A stretch of 64,000 nucleotides of DNA from an uncultured virus (IMG/VR IMGVR_UViG_3300035126_000982) (taxonomy: Duplodnaviria; Heunggongvirae; Uroviricota; Caudoviricetes): the IMG/VR virus record IMGVR_UViG_3300035126_000982. One strand, written 5' to 3'. Position numbers and translations under genes: made by a program. The notes below the pieces were generated by a model. The model was not told the DNA's origin, searched no databases, and saw nothing but the letters and a program-made list of their open reading frames with translations. Position 1 is the first letter of the stretch. Every line of letters starts with the position of its first letter. This document shows, piece by piece, positions 35,495-45,417 of this stretch.

Positions 35495-37993
35495 TTAAAT
35501 GAAAAATTGATCGAGTGTAATTGTTTCTTCTGTTTTCCAACCAATAATATCCAATATTGCCTTTAACGGTTGCACAAAAGTTTTATCGAACTGGGTCTCA
35601 TAATCCACGTAAGCATGTAGACCGAATTCTTTTGGTAGAGTCTGTATAAATCCAATCACATTTTCCATGATCGGATTGGGCATCTTCAAGTAGCAATATT
35701 TTATCTTTTCGCCGTTGGATATAAAGTTGTATTTGTTCTCCAGGCCATGTTTTTTGAGGCTGTTGTTGTATAGGATGGAACCTCGTACATGGATAGGTGT
35801 TCCCTTTTTATATAGGGAGGTTGTTGACGAAAATTTGGTCACGTCTGATACACCTTTTGGAAATGCCACTTCTTCTGGGTCAAGTTTGAAGAATTCTTTC
35901 TTCGTTTCCTCAACAAAGTTAATCATGTCCTCTTCGGTATAATTCATAAGAACCTTAAAAGCCGCATTGAGTTTGTTTCTACAAAATGCCGGAGTAGAAG
36001 ACTTGACCGCCTCAATCCCAGTAACAGAAATCTTTGGCTCAGAATACCTTACCCCCTCATTATCCCAAACATTAATAATGTAATGCTTTTTGCCTGTAAT
36101 AAGAAACTTATCGGCAATTTTTTCTCTCTTCATGTGTAGCTTGTTTTTATAAGCATGAAGATAATTGGCTAGTTCAGTATAAGACTCATTGATGTATTCT
36201 TGAATCTTGGTTGAAAATATAGTGTTAATAAAATTAACAATCTTTTCTTTTGAGGCGTCTTTTCCTTCAAATATTTTATTGACTAGTGGATCAACATTGA
36301 GCATCACCGAATCAGTATCACCATAAATGCAGTAGTCAACTTTTTCAGTCTTAAGGAGTTTATTGAAATAAATGTTTAGTTTATTCTCGATCCATTTGAG
36401 GGCAAGTTGACCTGATGAGGTAATGGCCTCGGCATTTCTTAGTTCATAAAACCTAAAGTATGGAGATCCAAGAGCCCCGTAACCACTGTTTAGACAGACC
36501 TTAAGACTCAGTTGCTTTACCTTATAATTGGAGATTTTATATCTTAAGGAATTGTCTTTAGATTTTTCGTATTCCTTTTCGGCGGCGATCTGAAGATTTT
36601 TATACAGTTTTCTTTTTTCATACATGTCCTCAAGAATAGCCGGAATAAACCCCTGTCGTTCTTTTGAATACATTGAACCATTAGGGCAAATTGAATACTC
36701 TGGATAGATTGATGTATCTACTTGTTTTTTAACAATCTTATCAACAGATATTGAAGGAAATGGTTGGTCTATAAGAGTCTCAGGGCTCACGTTGTGTTGC
36801 ATCATAATATGTGGGTAGAGTGACGTAAGGTCAAGAGTCACTGTCCAACCATAAAGACCCGGAATTGGTTCTTTTACATAAGCACCAGCAAACTTTTCTG
36901 ATTTGTTTGATTGCTTTTTAAGTGGAATGGCAATCTTTCTTTTATTGAGGTAATTGAAGATAATATTATCCCACATTCGGACCTGATAAAAAACGTCCTC
37001 ATAATTAGACTTTGATTGATAAGCAAGATCAATCGCCATATTAATCAGTTGAAGTTTTTCTTCTAGTCGATCAACAAGTTCTACGTCGATCTTATTATAT
37101 TTGACGTAAGTATCCCAACCATAAGTATAAAAGTCCTTAAAGGTCTCATACTGAGAGTGATCCAGTTTATTCTGACCTAGTTCATTATAGGCAATTGTAT
37201 CCAGTCTATAATTTTCTGGGTTTTTGAATGAATACTTTTTATAAAGCTCCATGTAGTCAAGAAGACTTACCCCATAAATTTCGTATTGGGTTTCTGTTCT
37301 GTTGTTCTTTTGGATCTGACGATCACGGATGAATTTCCAAGGAGAAAGCCTTTTTGCATCGGCAGTCCCGAGGACTCTTTTGATTCGGTTGATTATGTAT
37401 GGGATATCGAAGCCATTTGTGTTCCATCCGGTTACAACATCTGGATAATTAGCCTCCCAAAATGTCAAAAACTTATTAAGAAGATCAACCTCATTGGCAC
37501 ATTCTTGATAAACATAATTATCCATTACCTCAGAAAAAGGCCGACTTCCCCAGGTATAGATTTTTTTGGTTGAATAATCCTGAATAGTAATCAGAAGAAT
37601 TTCTTCTTGGGCAATATCCGGTTCAGGGAATCCTCCAAGTTCGGCGGCAGTTTCAATATCAAGTGTATAAAGCCTGATTTTATTGATATTAAAATCTTCA
37701 ATCTCTTCTGGATACTTTTCGGAAAGGTACTGATAAATCGCAGTTTCATGACCATAGACAGAAATTCCGTCAACGTCTTTGTACTTTTCAAGCCATTCCC
37801 TACATTCATACATTGATCCGGGGTTGATCGCGGCAACGTTTTTTCCATCCAATGTTTTCCAATTGGATTCTTTGTTAGAGGAAATATAAAAAGTGGGTCT
37901 GAAGGCTACCTTGTCTTGAAAGGGTACTCCTTCATTATCATAACCTCGTTCATAAACATAGCTTCCAATTTGTTTAACACTTGTATAAAACAT
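35495..37993 (-). CDS. gp43: Family B DNA polymerase
   Basis: LDIET, DLTSLYP, KVCLNSGYG, YGDTDS. Confidence 0.96.
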   Translation of the reverse strand: MFYTSVKQIGSYVYERGYDNEGVPFQDKVAFRPTFYISSNKESNWKTLDGKNVAAINPGSMYECREWLEKYKDVDGISVYGHETAIYQYLSEKYPEEIEDFNINKIRLYTLDIETAAELGGFPEPDIAQEEILLITIQDYSTKKIYTWGSRPFSEVMDNYVYQECANEVDLLNKFLTFWEANYPDVVTGWNTNGFDIPYIINRIKRVLGTADAKRLSPWKFIRDRQIQKNNRTETQYEIYGVSLLDYMELYKKYSFKNPENYRLDTIAYNELGQNKLDHSQYETFKDFYTYGWDTYVKYNKIDVELVDRLEEKLQLINMAIDLAYQSKSNYEDVFYQVRMWDNIIFNYLNKRKIAIPLKKQSNKSEKFAGAYVKEPIPGLYGWTVTLDLTSLYPHIMMQHNVSPETLIDQPFPSISVDKIVKKQVDTSIYPEYSICPNGSMYSKERQGFIPAILEDMYEKRKLYKNLQIAAEKEYEKSKDNSLRYKISNYKVKQLSLKVCLNSGYGALGSPYFRFYELRNAEAITSSGQLALKWIENKLNIYFNKLLKTEKVDYCIYGDTDSVMLNVDPLVNKIFEGKDASKEKIVNFINTIFSTKIQEYINESYTELANYLHAYKNKLHMKREKIADKFLITGKKHYIINVWDNEGVRYSEPKISVTGIEAVKSSTPAFCRNKLNAAFKVLMNYTEEDMINFVEETKKEFFKLDPEEVAFPKGVSDVTKFSSTTSLYKKGTPIHVRGSILYNNSLKKHGLENKYNFISNGEKIKYCYLKMPNPIMENVIGFIQTLPKEFGLHAYVDYETQFDKTFVQPLKAILDIIGWKTEETITLDQFFI

Positions 37994-38244
37994 TACTTAA
38001 TAAGTTCTTGATATTTTTCAAGTAGTGGAGAATTTGGATCAGCAATAGTCAGGAATTTATCCGAATGCATCATAAAAGTATTTTGTGTAGAGTAATTTAT
38101 CAACCAGGGTTCTAAAAAGTCACCTTTAATCTCAAAAGGTTCAATGATCTTACAGTCTGGTTGTCCAATATCTTCTGGGACAACTTCCATAATCTGAGAA
38201 ATAAGAATCAGAGAATTTGGAAATAAAATTAGTTTAATGTTCAT
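37993..38244 (-). CDS. Hypothetical protein
   Basis: 83-aa ORF with upstream TTGACA..TGCTATAAT promoter. Confidence 0.7.
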   Translation of the reverse strand: MNIKLILFPNSLILISQIMEVVPEDIGQPDCKIIEPFEIKGDFLEPWLINYSTQNTFMMHSDKFLTIADPNSPLLEKYQELIK

Positions 38245-38406
38245 GAAAAAGAGGGCCTCTGTGGACCCTCGTATTATAGCACCTCTTGGGCTTTTGTCAA
38301 GAGGTCTTGTTGCGCCGACGTTATGGGGTGGGTAGCCAGAAGTATTTATATCTAATGTATTAAATTACTACAAGAGGGATCCAGTTTATTATGTAATAAG
38401 TGGTGA

Positions 38407-38850
38407 TTACCGTACTTGAGGAGTCTCCTTTTTTTTACCCAAAGAATATTTTTCAACCAAATTCCAGTTCGTTTTATCCGCAAAAGAAATAATTTTTATC
38501 TGGTTTAATGGCGCTCGATCCTCCACCTGTGCAGGGTTTTTGATTTTTACAAGACCCCACTGCTCCAAAAGCGCCGAAATCGTGTGAAGCCTTTCCAAAT
38601 CGTTTACAGTGATTGTGGCCTGACGATTATCCAGTGCAAACCCAAATTTATAATGAATAATATAATATTTCGCAGATTTATATAAAATATGTGCCGTCTG
38701 AAAAAGCTCTTTCTTATACCTAGAAGCCACCCCAATTCGGGTTAGTGTTTCTTTTGCAAGTAGAAAAGAATCTGGAGTTTCCAGTTCTACTTCTACCATA
38801 AGGTCTGGACTCCAACGCACATATTGTCCATCCATTTCATAATTAGCCAT
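38407..38850 (-). CDS. regA: Translational repressor RegA
   Basis: ETLTRIGVAS..LFQTAHIL..YYIIH. Confidence 0.88.
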   Translation of the reverse strand: MANYEMDGQYVRWSPDLMVEVELETPDSFLLAKETLTRIGVASRYKKELFQTAHILYKSAKYYIIHYKFGFALDNRQATITVNDLERLHTISALLEQWGLVKIKNPAQVEDRAPLNQIKIISFADKTNWNLVEKYSLGKKKETPQVR

Positions 38851-38993
38851 AAAAATTCCTCAAAATAAAGTAATTATCAATTATTTAGTTTTAACGTAAT
38901 GCAACTCTCGCCTGTCTTGCTCTCCGTTCCGGATCAGTTGTCGAATCTACATCCATTCTTCCCGGCTTAAGGGCCGCTTTTTTTGTGGAGTCA

Positions 38994-39461
38994 TCACCAT
39001 TCCAGATTTTTTGGAGATCTGCCGGATTGACCTTTACGAAATCTTATTTGTCCACTACCAGTCACCTCATCTAAAATACCATCGCGCCATTCTTCCGACA
39101 TGTTTGCCATAATTACACCAGCGTCCTCATAAGAATCACAGAACCCTTCAGAGACAAGATACTCGGAAACGATGTCGTAGAGGTCTAATTCTTCATTATA
39201 GGGGCCACCAACATGTCTCATAGTACCAAAAGCACTTTTAGCACCCTTTTCTTTTTTCTCTCCCCTTCCGGCTTTATGATACGATCTACGTTCACTAGTT
39301 TGATCGCCAACAGGCATTACTAAATTTCCTTCTTTATTTCTTTTTCTAATTTTCTGAAGAGGAGTTAGACCTTCATCAGCTTTTGCCTCAGAAAGAGTTT
39401 CCTCGGCATAAACCTCGTTGCGATAAATTTCGTTTATTTGCATTAAAATTTTGGGGTCCAT
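38994..39461 (-). CDS. Putative head-internal protein (paralog of 41910-42713)
   Basis: Shared block EELDLYDxVSEYLVSEGFCDSYEDAxVIMANMSEEWR. Confidence 0.65.
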   Translation of the reverse strand: MDPKILMQINEIYRNEVYAEETLSEAKADEGLTPLQKIRKRNKEGNLVMPVGDQTSERRSYHKAGRGEKKEKGAKSAFGTMRHVGGPYNEELDLYDIVSEYLVSEGFCDSYEDAGVIMANMSEEWRDGILDEVTGSGQIRFRKGQSGRSPKNLEW

Positions 39462-39486
39462 TTTTAAATAGTAAATTATTAACTAT

Positions 39487-39861
39487 TTAGATCCCGCCAA
39501 CATTTAACTTCTCTTTGATATAATCAATCTGTTCTTTGGATAATAGTTTCAATGCCTCGATTGCCTTTTCATTATTATAACCATAATAAGACTTAACTAA
39601 TTCTAGATCTTCTAATGAATTCTTTTTTAAATAATTAGAAAATCTTTTTCTTTTAGGAACTGCATAAAGAAGAAACTTGTATTGCATTTCCTTGTCCATC
39701 GTGAACCTTTCATTCAGCTCACTTGCAAAAAGAGCCGTATCAATATTTCCTGATAACATTCGATTGACAATAAAGGCTGGATATTGATTGGGATTATCAA
39801 CCTCTTCTAATAAGTTTTTCTTGCTAAAATAAATTGAATTCAGCCAGTCTTTTAATTCCAT
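39487..39861 (-). CDS. gp62: Clamp loader small subunit
   Basis: ELKDWLNSI..YPAFIVNR..YYGYN.EKA. Confidence 0.85.
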   Translation of the reverse strand: MELKDWLNSIYFSKKNLLEEVDNPNQYPAFIVNRMLSGNIDTALFASELNERFTMDKEMQYKFLLYAVPKRKRFSNYLKKNSLEDLELVKSYYGYNNEKAIEALKLLSKEQIDYIKEKLNVGGI

Positions 39862-40784
39862 TCACACTCGACCATCAATTTAATAAAACAGGCAATCAGA
39901 TTAATTTCATTATCCACAACATTCTTACTCATATGATCATGAATAATCAAAATGGCCTGTGGAATTGAAGGCTTGGGCATAACATTCTCTAGACCATCAA
40001 AGACCTTTCTTAGGATAACATTTGGATCACTGTCTAGGTTATTAATCACCCACTTTCGAGTTTCTGTAAAGTTTTTCTCTTTAAGATACTTATAAAGATC
40101 AGAAATCTTGACATCAGAAGACTGGGCCAGAACAGAAGAATCAATCACACCAGAATTAGAATATTTCTGAAGGACATTCAGAACTCGTCTAAAATCTGGA
40201 AAATGTTTAATCAGAAGTTTGACAATAATCTTATCATCTTCACATTTAATTCCTTCTTGATCTAGGATATAAAGAATTCGATCATTAAACTGCTTGGCTA
40301 GAGCAGGCCTTTCTTTTGAAGGAATTGTGAAATCAATTACCGGGCATCTTGATTGCAGGGCCGGGTCAATTCGGTTTTTATAATTACAGGTAAACACAAA
40401 GGAACAATTAGACTGTAGATCCTCAATAATGGCCCTGAGAGCCAGTTGAGAATCATTGGTCAGATTATCTCCCTCGTCAATCAGAAGAATCTTCTTTCCA
40501 GAAGAACAGAGTGAAACCGTAGAGGCGTAATTCTTGACCTTATTACGAATCACATCAATGGATCTTTCATCAGAGCCATTAATAATCAAAAAGTCTCGGT
40601 CAAGACTTTTTGCAAGAGCCTTAATTACATTTGTTTTTCCAATTCCTGGCGGACCAGAAAGAATCATGTTCGGAACATTTCCTGATTGTTCGATCTCAAG
40701 AAAGACTTTTTTAATAGATTGTGGAAGAACACATTCCTCCACATTTTTAGAAGCGTATTTTTCGACAAAAAGGAAATTACTCAT
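39852..40784 (-). CDS. gp44: Clamp loader large subunit
   Basis: GPPGIGKT, INGSDE, IDEGD, SRC, FPDFRR. Confidence 0.92.
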   Translation of the reverse strand: MSNFLFVEKYASKNVEECVLPQSIKKVFLEIEQSGNVPNMILSGPPGIGKTNVIKALAKSLDRDFLIINGSDERSIDVIRNKVKNYASTVSLCSSGKKILLIDEGDNLTNDSQLALRAIIEDLQSNCSFVFTCNYKNRIDPALQSRCPVIDFTIPSKERPALAKQFNDRILYILDQEGIKCEDDKIIVKLLIKHFPDFRRVLNVLQKYSNSGVIDSSVLAQSSDVKISDLYKYLKEKNFTETRKWVINNLDSDPNVILRKVFDGLENVMPKPSIPQAILIIHDHMSKNVVDNEINLIACFIKLMVECEWN

Positions 40785-40790
40785 AATAAA

Positions 40791-41456
40791 TTACTCAAAG
40801 GTGGAATCAGGCTCCATTGCAACCCAATATGTCAATGGAATTTTTTTGTTTATAAACTTGGAAATACCCTTCCTTGAAATCACCACATCATAAGACCCTG
40901 GATAGAACTGCAGATTCTCATTTTTGATGTGCATACAGAACTTTTCGGTGGTTGATCCAACTTCAATAGAATATTCATTTGAGGTGTCGTTCTTTTTATC
41001 GTGAACGATCAATTGAATAGTCTCTCCATCACCAACCACCGAGAGGTCATCCAAGGAATAAATCTGCCTGGCCTTTACAATCTTATCAAGAAAGGCCTGT
41101 TCCATAATGAAGCAAATGTCCTGAGAAGGCATTTTGATTTGCTTGTCTGGAAGATTTGGAATTGTTGAAAGACTTGCATAAAAATACTTGATCTTTCTTT
41201 TTCCTTCACTTAGAACGACGTACTTATCACTGGAAAAATCTAGATCTGGATCATCTAAGAGATTAAAGCTATTGAGAAATTGATTGAGATTGTAAATTCC
41301 AAATTCCTTTTCAAATTTCTCTGGGATGGTTGCTTCTCCATAAACGGCCCTGGATCCTTTGACTGTTTTTAGAGAATTTCCGGGTTTAATATGAATTGAT
41401 TGACTGATTGATGCGAAGTTCTTTAGAAGAGCAAGAGTTTCTGGTGAAAGTTTCAT
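40791..41456 (-). CDS. gp45: Sliding clamp
   Basis: MKLS..LKNFASI..FGIYNL..YWVAME. Confidence 0.9.
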   Translation of the reverse strand: MKLSPETLALLKNFASISQSIHIKPGNSLKTVKGSRAVYGEATIPEKFEKEFGIYNLNQFLNSFNLLDDPDLDFSSDKYVVLSEGKRKIKYFYASLSTIPNLPDKQIKMPSQDICFIMEQAFLDKIVKARQIYSLDDLSVVGDGETIQLIVHDKKNDTSNEYSIEVGSTTEKFCMHIKNENLQFYPGSYDVVISRKGISKFINKKIPLTYWVAMEPDSTFE

Positions 41457-41740
41457 TTATTTTCAATTAGGTCAAGATGATTAATAAGAAGCATAGTATA
41501 ATGTAGAACCTTAAAGAGATCTGCTCGGGGAGTTCCCTTGCAATCATATCTGTCGATATATTTTGTGACATTTCCAGCGCAGAATCCTTCTCTTCGGGAA
41601 TACTTAATTTTATCTATTGTTTGATCATTACTCCCAGAAGACCTATCAACATAATGTTGATTATATGTAGTTTTCAGATATTCTTCTAGTTGTTTGAGAA
41701 TCCTGTCCTCATTATATTTCCAAAAGTGTTCGTTACTCAT
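41453..41740 (-). CDS. Conserved hypothetical protein
   Basis: TYNQHY..FCAGNVTKY..DLFKVLHY. Confidence 0.7.
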   Translation of the reverse strand: MSNEHFWKYNEDRILKQLEEYLKTTYNQHYVDRSSGSNDQTIDKIKYSRREGFCAGNVTKYIDRYDCKGTPRADLFKVLHYTMLLINHLDLIENK

Positions 41741-41909
41741 AATATTACAATAAAAAATCGGCTCTCTTGTGGGAGAGAACCGATTTTAGCACGTTAATGG
41801 GGAATTTGTCAAGTAGTCAGGAGATCAGGGCACCTAGGGCCGTGTTTTTTACAAAGTATTGCATCTGGTGTTTGTGCATAATTTTCTTCTATTAAGAAGT
41901 TTATTGGGT

Positions 41910-42713
41910 TCATCGACCACTTGCTCTACGACGACGGGCGCGATAGTTTGTTGGAACTGTTCTATATCCAGACAAAGAGTTTGTTGATACTGTTTCTACA
42001 TCATCATTACCATCATAATCATGTTTCACTTCAACATTCTTTTCAGCATTCATGCGTTCTACACTTGCTTTTGCTTGTTTAGTTGCTCCTGAGCCATATT
42101 GATATGGATTTTTATGTCCTTCCTTACCCATATCACGTCTAACGCCAGTTTCTACTCTATCTTGCCATTTTGGTTTTTTATATATGGTTGAACCTCCACG
42201 CCTTACCTGACGAATATCATTCCCAGTGATTCTATTTCCAAGAGATCTTTGAGAACCTTTAACTGCTTCATCAAGAACCTCTTCAACAATGCCTTCGCGC
42301 CATTCTTCGGACATGTTAGCCATAATTACATCAGCGTCTTCGTAAGAATCACAGAAACCTTCTGACACCAGATATTCAGAGACTAGATCATATAGGTCTA
42401 GTTCTTCTTTTTGCTCTTTTCTTTTATTATTCTCCACTTTGCTAGGATTATGAACTCTAGCGGGTCCAGCATTTTTCATCAGTAGTGGATTTTTAGAGGA
42501 TTTTATAATTCTTTTTGGCGCTTCTTCATCAAGAGCACTTAAATAAGCCTTATAAAGTTCTTCATCACTGTATTGATCAAGATCGTAACCCTCTTCAATA
42601 AGGGCCTCAACCCATTCTTCAATGGAAAGCATTTCTTCTTCAGAAAGGGTTTCTTCATTATAAACACCGTGGCGATAGGCTTCGTTTAGGCGCATTAAAA
42701 TCTCGTATTGCAT
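41910..42713 (-). CDS. Putative head-internal protein
   Basis: EGYDLDQY and SEGFCDSYEDA blocks, repeated LxE motifs, basic C-terminus. Confidence 0.65.
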   Translation of the reverse strand: MQYEILMRLNEAYRHGVYNEETLSEEEMLSIEEWVEALIEEGYDLDQYSDEELYKAYLSALDEEAPKRIIKSSKNPLLMKNAGPARVHNPSKVENNKRKEQKEELDLYDLVSEYLVSEGFCDSYEDADVIMANMSEEWREGIVEEVLDEAVKGSQRSLGNRITGNDIRQVRRGGSTIYKKPKWQDRVETGVRRDMGKEGHKNPYQYGSGATKQAKASVERMNAEKNVEVKHDYDGNDDVETVSTNSLSGYRTVPTNYRARRRRASGR

Positions 42714-42778
42714 TTTTAAATAGTAAATTATTGATTACTATTATTTAGTTTATTTTAAATTTAAAAATTTTAACATGA

Positions 42779-43591
42779 TCATATAATTTTTATGCGGTTA
42801 GAAGTATCGATTCCTCTTTTTTTTTGATAATTTGAAAGACCACATGGTGTAGAGACATAACCAGTAATGGTACATTGCCATCTCTGAGCGTGTTGAACCC
42901 TTGATCCCTTTTTACCTCCTTTTTTACCCCCTTTTTTACCAGCTTTTCTACCGTTCTCACTTCTTTGCTCAAATGTCAATCCGCAAATTCCAGTTTTATT
43001 TTTTTTGTTTTTTTCCCCTCCTACTTTACCTCCTTTCTTACCGTTCGCACTTCTTTGCTCAAATGTCAATCCACAAACTCCAGTTCCATTTTCTTTATGT
43101 TTTTGCCCAACTATTTTACCTGCTTTTTTACTAGCCTCACTTTTTTGTTCAGGCGTCATTCCAAAAATTCCAGTACCATTTTCTTTATTTGTCTGTGCCC
43201 CCTTTCTACTAGCTTCACTTTTTTGTTCTGGTGTCATCCCAAAAATTGCAATACCCCTTTCTTTGTTAGATTGAGCTATTTTTTTACTATTTTCGCTTCT
43301 TTGCTCAAAAGTTAATGCAAAAATTCCAGTGCCATTTTCTTTATGTATTTGTCCTCCTTTTTTACAACCTAAAATTTGAGCCTCTTGTTTCGCCTCATCA
43401 ATAGTTATCTGCCCAGATAAGCACCTCCATGCAATCCGGTCTTCCTCATTACCCCATAATTGAAAATTACAGAAATGAAACATTGCGTGTTGAGTTACTG
43501 TTACCTCAACAAGATTTTCAGGTTCATTGCTCCCACCCATGTATCTCGGTACTAGATGATGTTTATGGGTGCGCTCGTTTGGTCTACACAT
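42779..43591 (-). CDS. HNH homing endonuclease with ~25-aa tandem repeats
   Basis: HKHHLVP..GG.N..NL..HAMFH; five GIxG(M/L)TxEQxSE-like repeats. Confidence 0.85.
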   Translation of the reverse strand: MCRPNERTHKHHLVPRYMGGSNEPENLVEVTVTQHAMFHFCNFQLWGNEEDRIAWRCLSGQITIDEAKQEAQILGCKKGGQIHKENGTGIFALTFEQRSENSKKIAQSNKERGIAIFGMTPEQKSEASRKGAQTNKENGTGIFGMTPEQKSEASKKAGKIVGQKHKENGTGVCGLTFEQRSANGKKGGKVGGEKNKKNKTGICGLTFEQRSENGRKAGKKGGKKGGKKGSRVQHAQRWQCTITGYVSTPCGLSNYQKKRGIDTSNRIKII

Positions 43592-43604
43592 TTTTACTGC
43601 TCTA

Positions 43605-43704
43605 AATTAGTTCGCTATTTCTATTTAGAAAATTTTATTGTTAAGGAGGAGAAATAAATCTCCTCCACCTGTTAAGCGCGAACTAATTCAGGTAATGTTA
43701 TTTA
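43605..43704 (-). promoter_or_regulatory. Late promoter-antisense sRNA-terminator-late promoter cassette (copy D)
   Basis: CCTG/CAGG stem enclosing 43678-43688, complementary to 43605-43615; hairpin 43645-43666; CTAAATA near 43622. Confidence 0.75.
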
Positions 43705-45417
43705 GACAATTTGTTCTTTAAAAGTAAAATGTCCTCTCTTTTCAAACTTAATAATTTTATCGAACTTACTGTCCAAATTATCCCTATGTGAAATCATAAA
43801 GATATTCTTGTTCTTCATGTCTTGGCGAATAATATTCAAAAATAATGAAATTCCCTCAGCATCCATCGAGCCATCTAGGATTTCATCGAGAATCAAGAGG
43901 TTCGTGTTGACCGAGTTCTTAAGAGCCGCAACACTCATAAGACCAAAGGTAAGGGCCAGATTGATCCGTTGCTTTTGTCCTTCTGAGAAATTACCATAAG
44001 AAAAGTTCTCAAAAGTAGGAGTCAAAATTGTTTCATTGAATTCACCATCTAAAGTAAAATTCACATAAAGCTCCATCATCTTCAGATATTCATTGATCTT
44101 TTGATTAATCAAAGGAAGATATTTATTGATAATTACGGTCTTAACCCCGCCATCTTTAAGAATATTTCCAACAAACTCATAGTATTCTGAGGCTTCTTTG
44201 GTCTGAATAATTTCATTCTTGACTGCATGAAGCTCTTCATAAAAGAATTCTAATTTGGCATTTTCTTCTTGTAGATCATCAACTTTTTGTAAGTCATTAA
44301 TCTCATTTTGAATCTCGGAGATCAGTCCAGAATATTGATTCATTCTTGATTGATTCTGAGAAATTGTCTGATTTAAAGAACTAATCTCCTGAGAAATCTC
44401 AAGAAACTTCTTTTCCTTTCTCTGTTCAGATCGAATCGTATTCAAAAGATCCGAATAACCAGAAGATACTTCTTCAATAGTTTCTTCAGATTCTTTGAGT
44501 CTTTTTTCTTTAATCTCTGATGAGATATCCTGAGAACAAGTCGGACAAACATCATTATGTTCAAAGAAGGAATGGTTCTCTTTTAATGATTCAATTCTTT
44601 GAGAAATCTTTCCTTTAAGAGATCCGAGTTTTTTTAGCTGGGCAGAGGCCTTGGAATAATCCTGCAATTTATCCTGAAGTGTTTTGACTTCTTCTTCGTG
44701 TTCTTTGGTCTGAGTAAATAATTCCGAAATAAGATCCTGATACTTTTTAATCTTGTCTTTTTTATCCTGAAGATTCGCAGAGTCCTTTTGTTTGATCTGT
44801 TCAATAAACTGCTTTTGAAGTTCTAGCTTTTCTTCAAGCCCAACTTCCTTAACGCGAAGTAGCTTGATGGCATCTCTAGAGGCCTTTATGTTGTCTTTAA
44901 CCAACACGTTCATTGAAGAGAATACTTTTATGTCAAGAAGCTCTTCTATAATTTCTCTTCTGTCCCCGGTGGTGAGCTGCATGAAAGGAATAAAGTTTGA
45001 TGTCCCAAGAACAATGATCTGGGTAAACGTCTTAAAGTTCATCCTTAGGACATTTTGCTCAAACCATTTTTGCTGCTCAATTACTGATGAATGTTGATCA
45101 AGCAGTTCGCCATTTTTATAAATCTCAAACACAGCCGGGGCCAGACCTCTTACAACTTTCCATTCGGTTTTATTGATTTGAAATTCCAGTTCTGCAACAC
45201 AATCTTTTTTGTTTATATTATTAATTAGTTGCGGGAGATTTACTTGTCTATAGGCCTTTTTAAATAAGCAAAAAGTTAATATGTCTGCTATGGTTGATTT
45301 TGATACACCATTAGCTCCCCTTATGAGAGTTAAATGATCAGCATTTAAATCATATTCAAGAAAAGAATTTCCAATAGAAAGAAAATTCTTGGCTCTGGCT
45401 TTTTTAAAGATCAGCAT
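43702..45417 (-). CDS. gp46: Recombination endonuclease ATPase subunit (SbcC/Rad50-like)
   Basis: KNFLSIG, CPTC hook, FSEGQK, LILDE, ISH. Confidence 0.92.
   Translation of the reverse strand: MLIFKKARAKNFLSIGNSFLEYDLNADHLTLIRGANGVSKSTIADILTFCLFKKAYRQVNLPQLINNINKKDCVAELEFQINKTEWKVVRGLAPAVFEIYKNGELLDQHSSVIEQQKWFEQNVLRMNFKTFTQIIVLGTSNFIPFMQLTTGDRREIIEELLDIKVFSSMNVLVKDNIKASRDAIKLLRVKEVGLEEKLELQKQFIEQIKQKDSANLQDKKDKIKKYQDLISELFTQTKEHEEEVKTLQDKLQDYSKASAQLKKLGSLKGKISQRIESLKENHSFFEHNDVCPTCSQDISSEIKEKRLKESEETIEEVSSGYSDLLNTIRSEQRKEKKFLEISQEISSLNQTISQNQSRMNQYSGLISEIQNEINDLQKVDDLQEENAKLEFFYEELHAVKNEIIQTKEASEYYEFVGNILKDGGVKTVIINKYLPLINQKINEYLKMMELYVNFTLDGEFNETILTPTFENFSYGNFSEGQKQRINLALTFGLMSVAALKNSVNTNLLILDEILDGSMDAEGISLFLNIIRQDMKNKNIFMISHRDNLDSKFDKIIKFEKRGHFTFKEQIV

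Noticed and set aside
42790..43315. Several overlapping ORFs inside the HNH gene
   Set aside because: Shadow frames created by the tandem repeats
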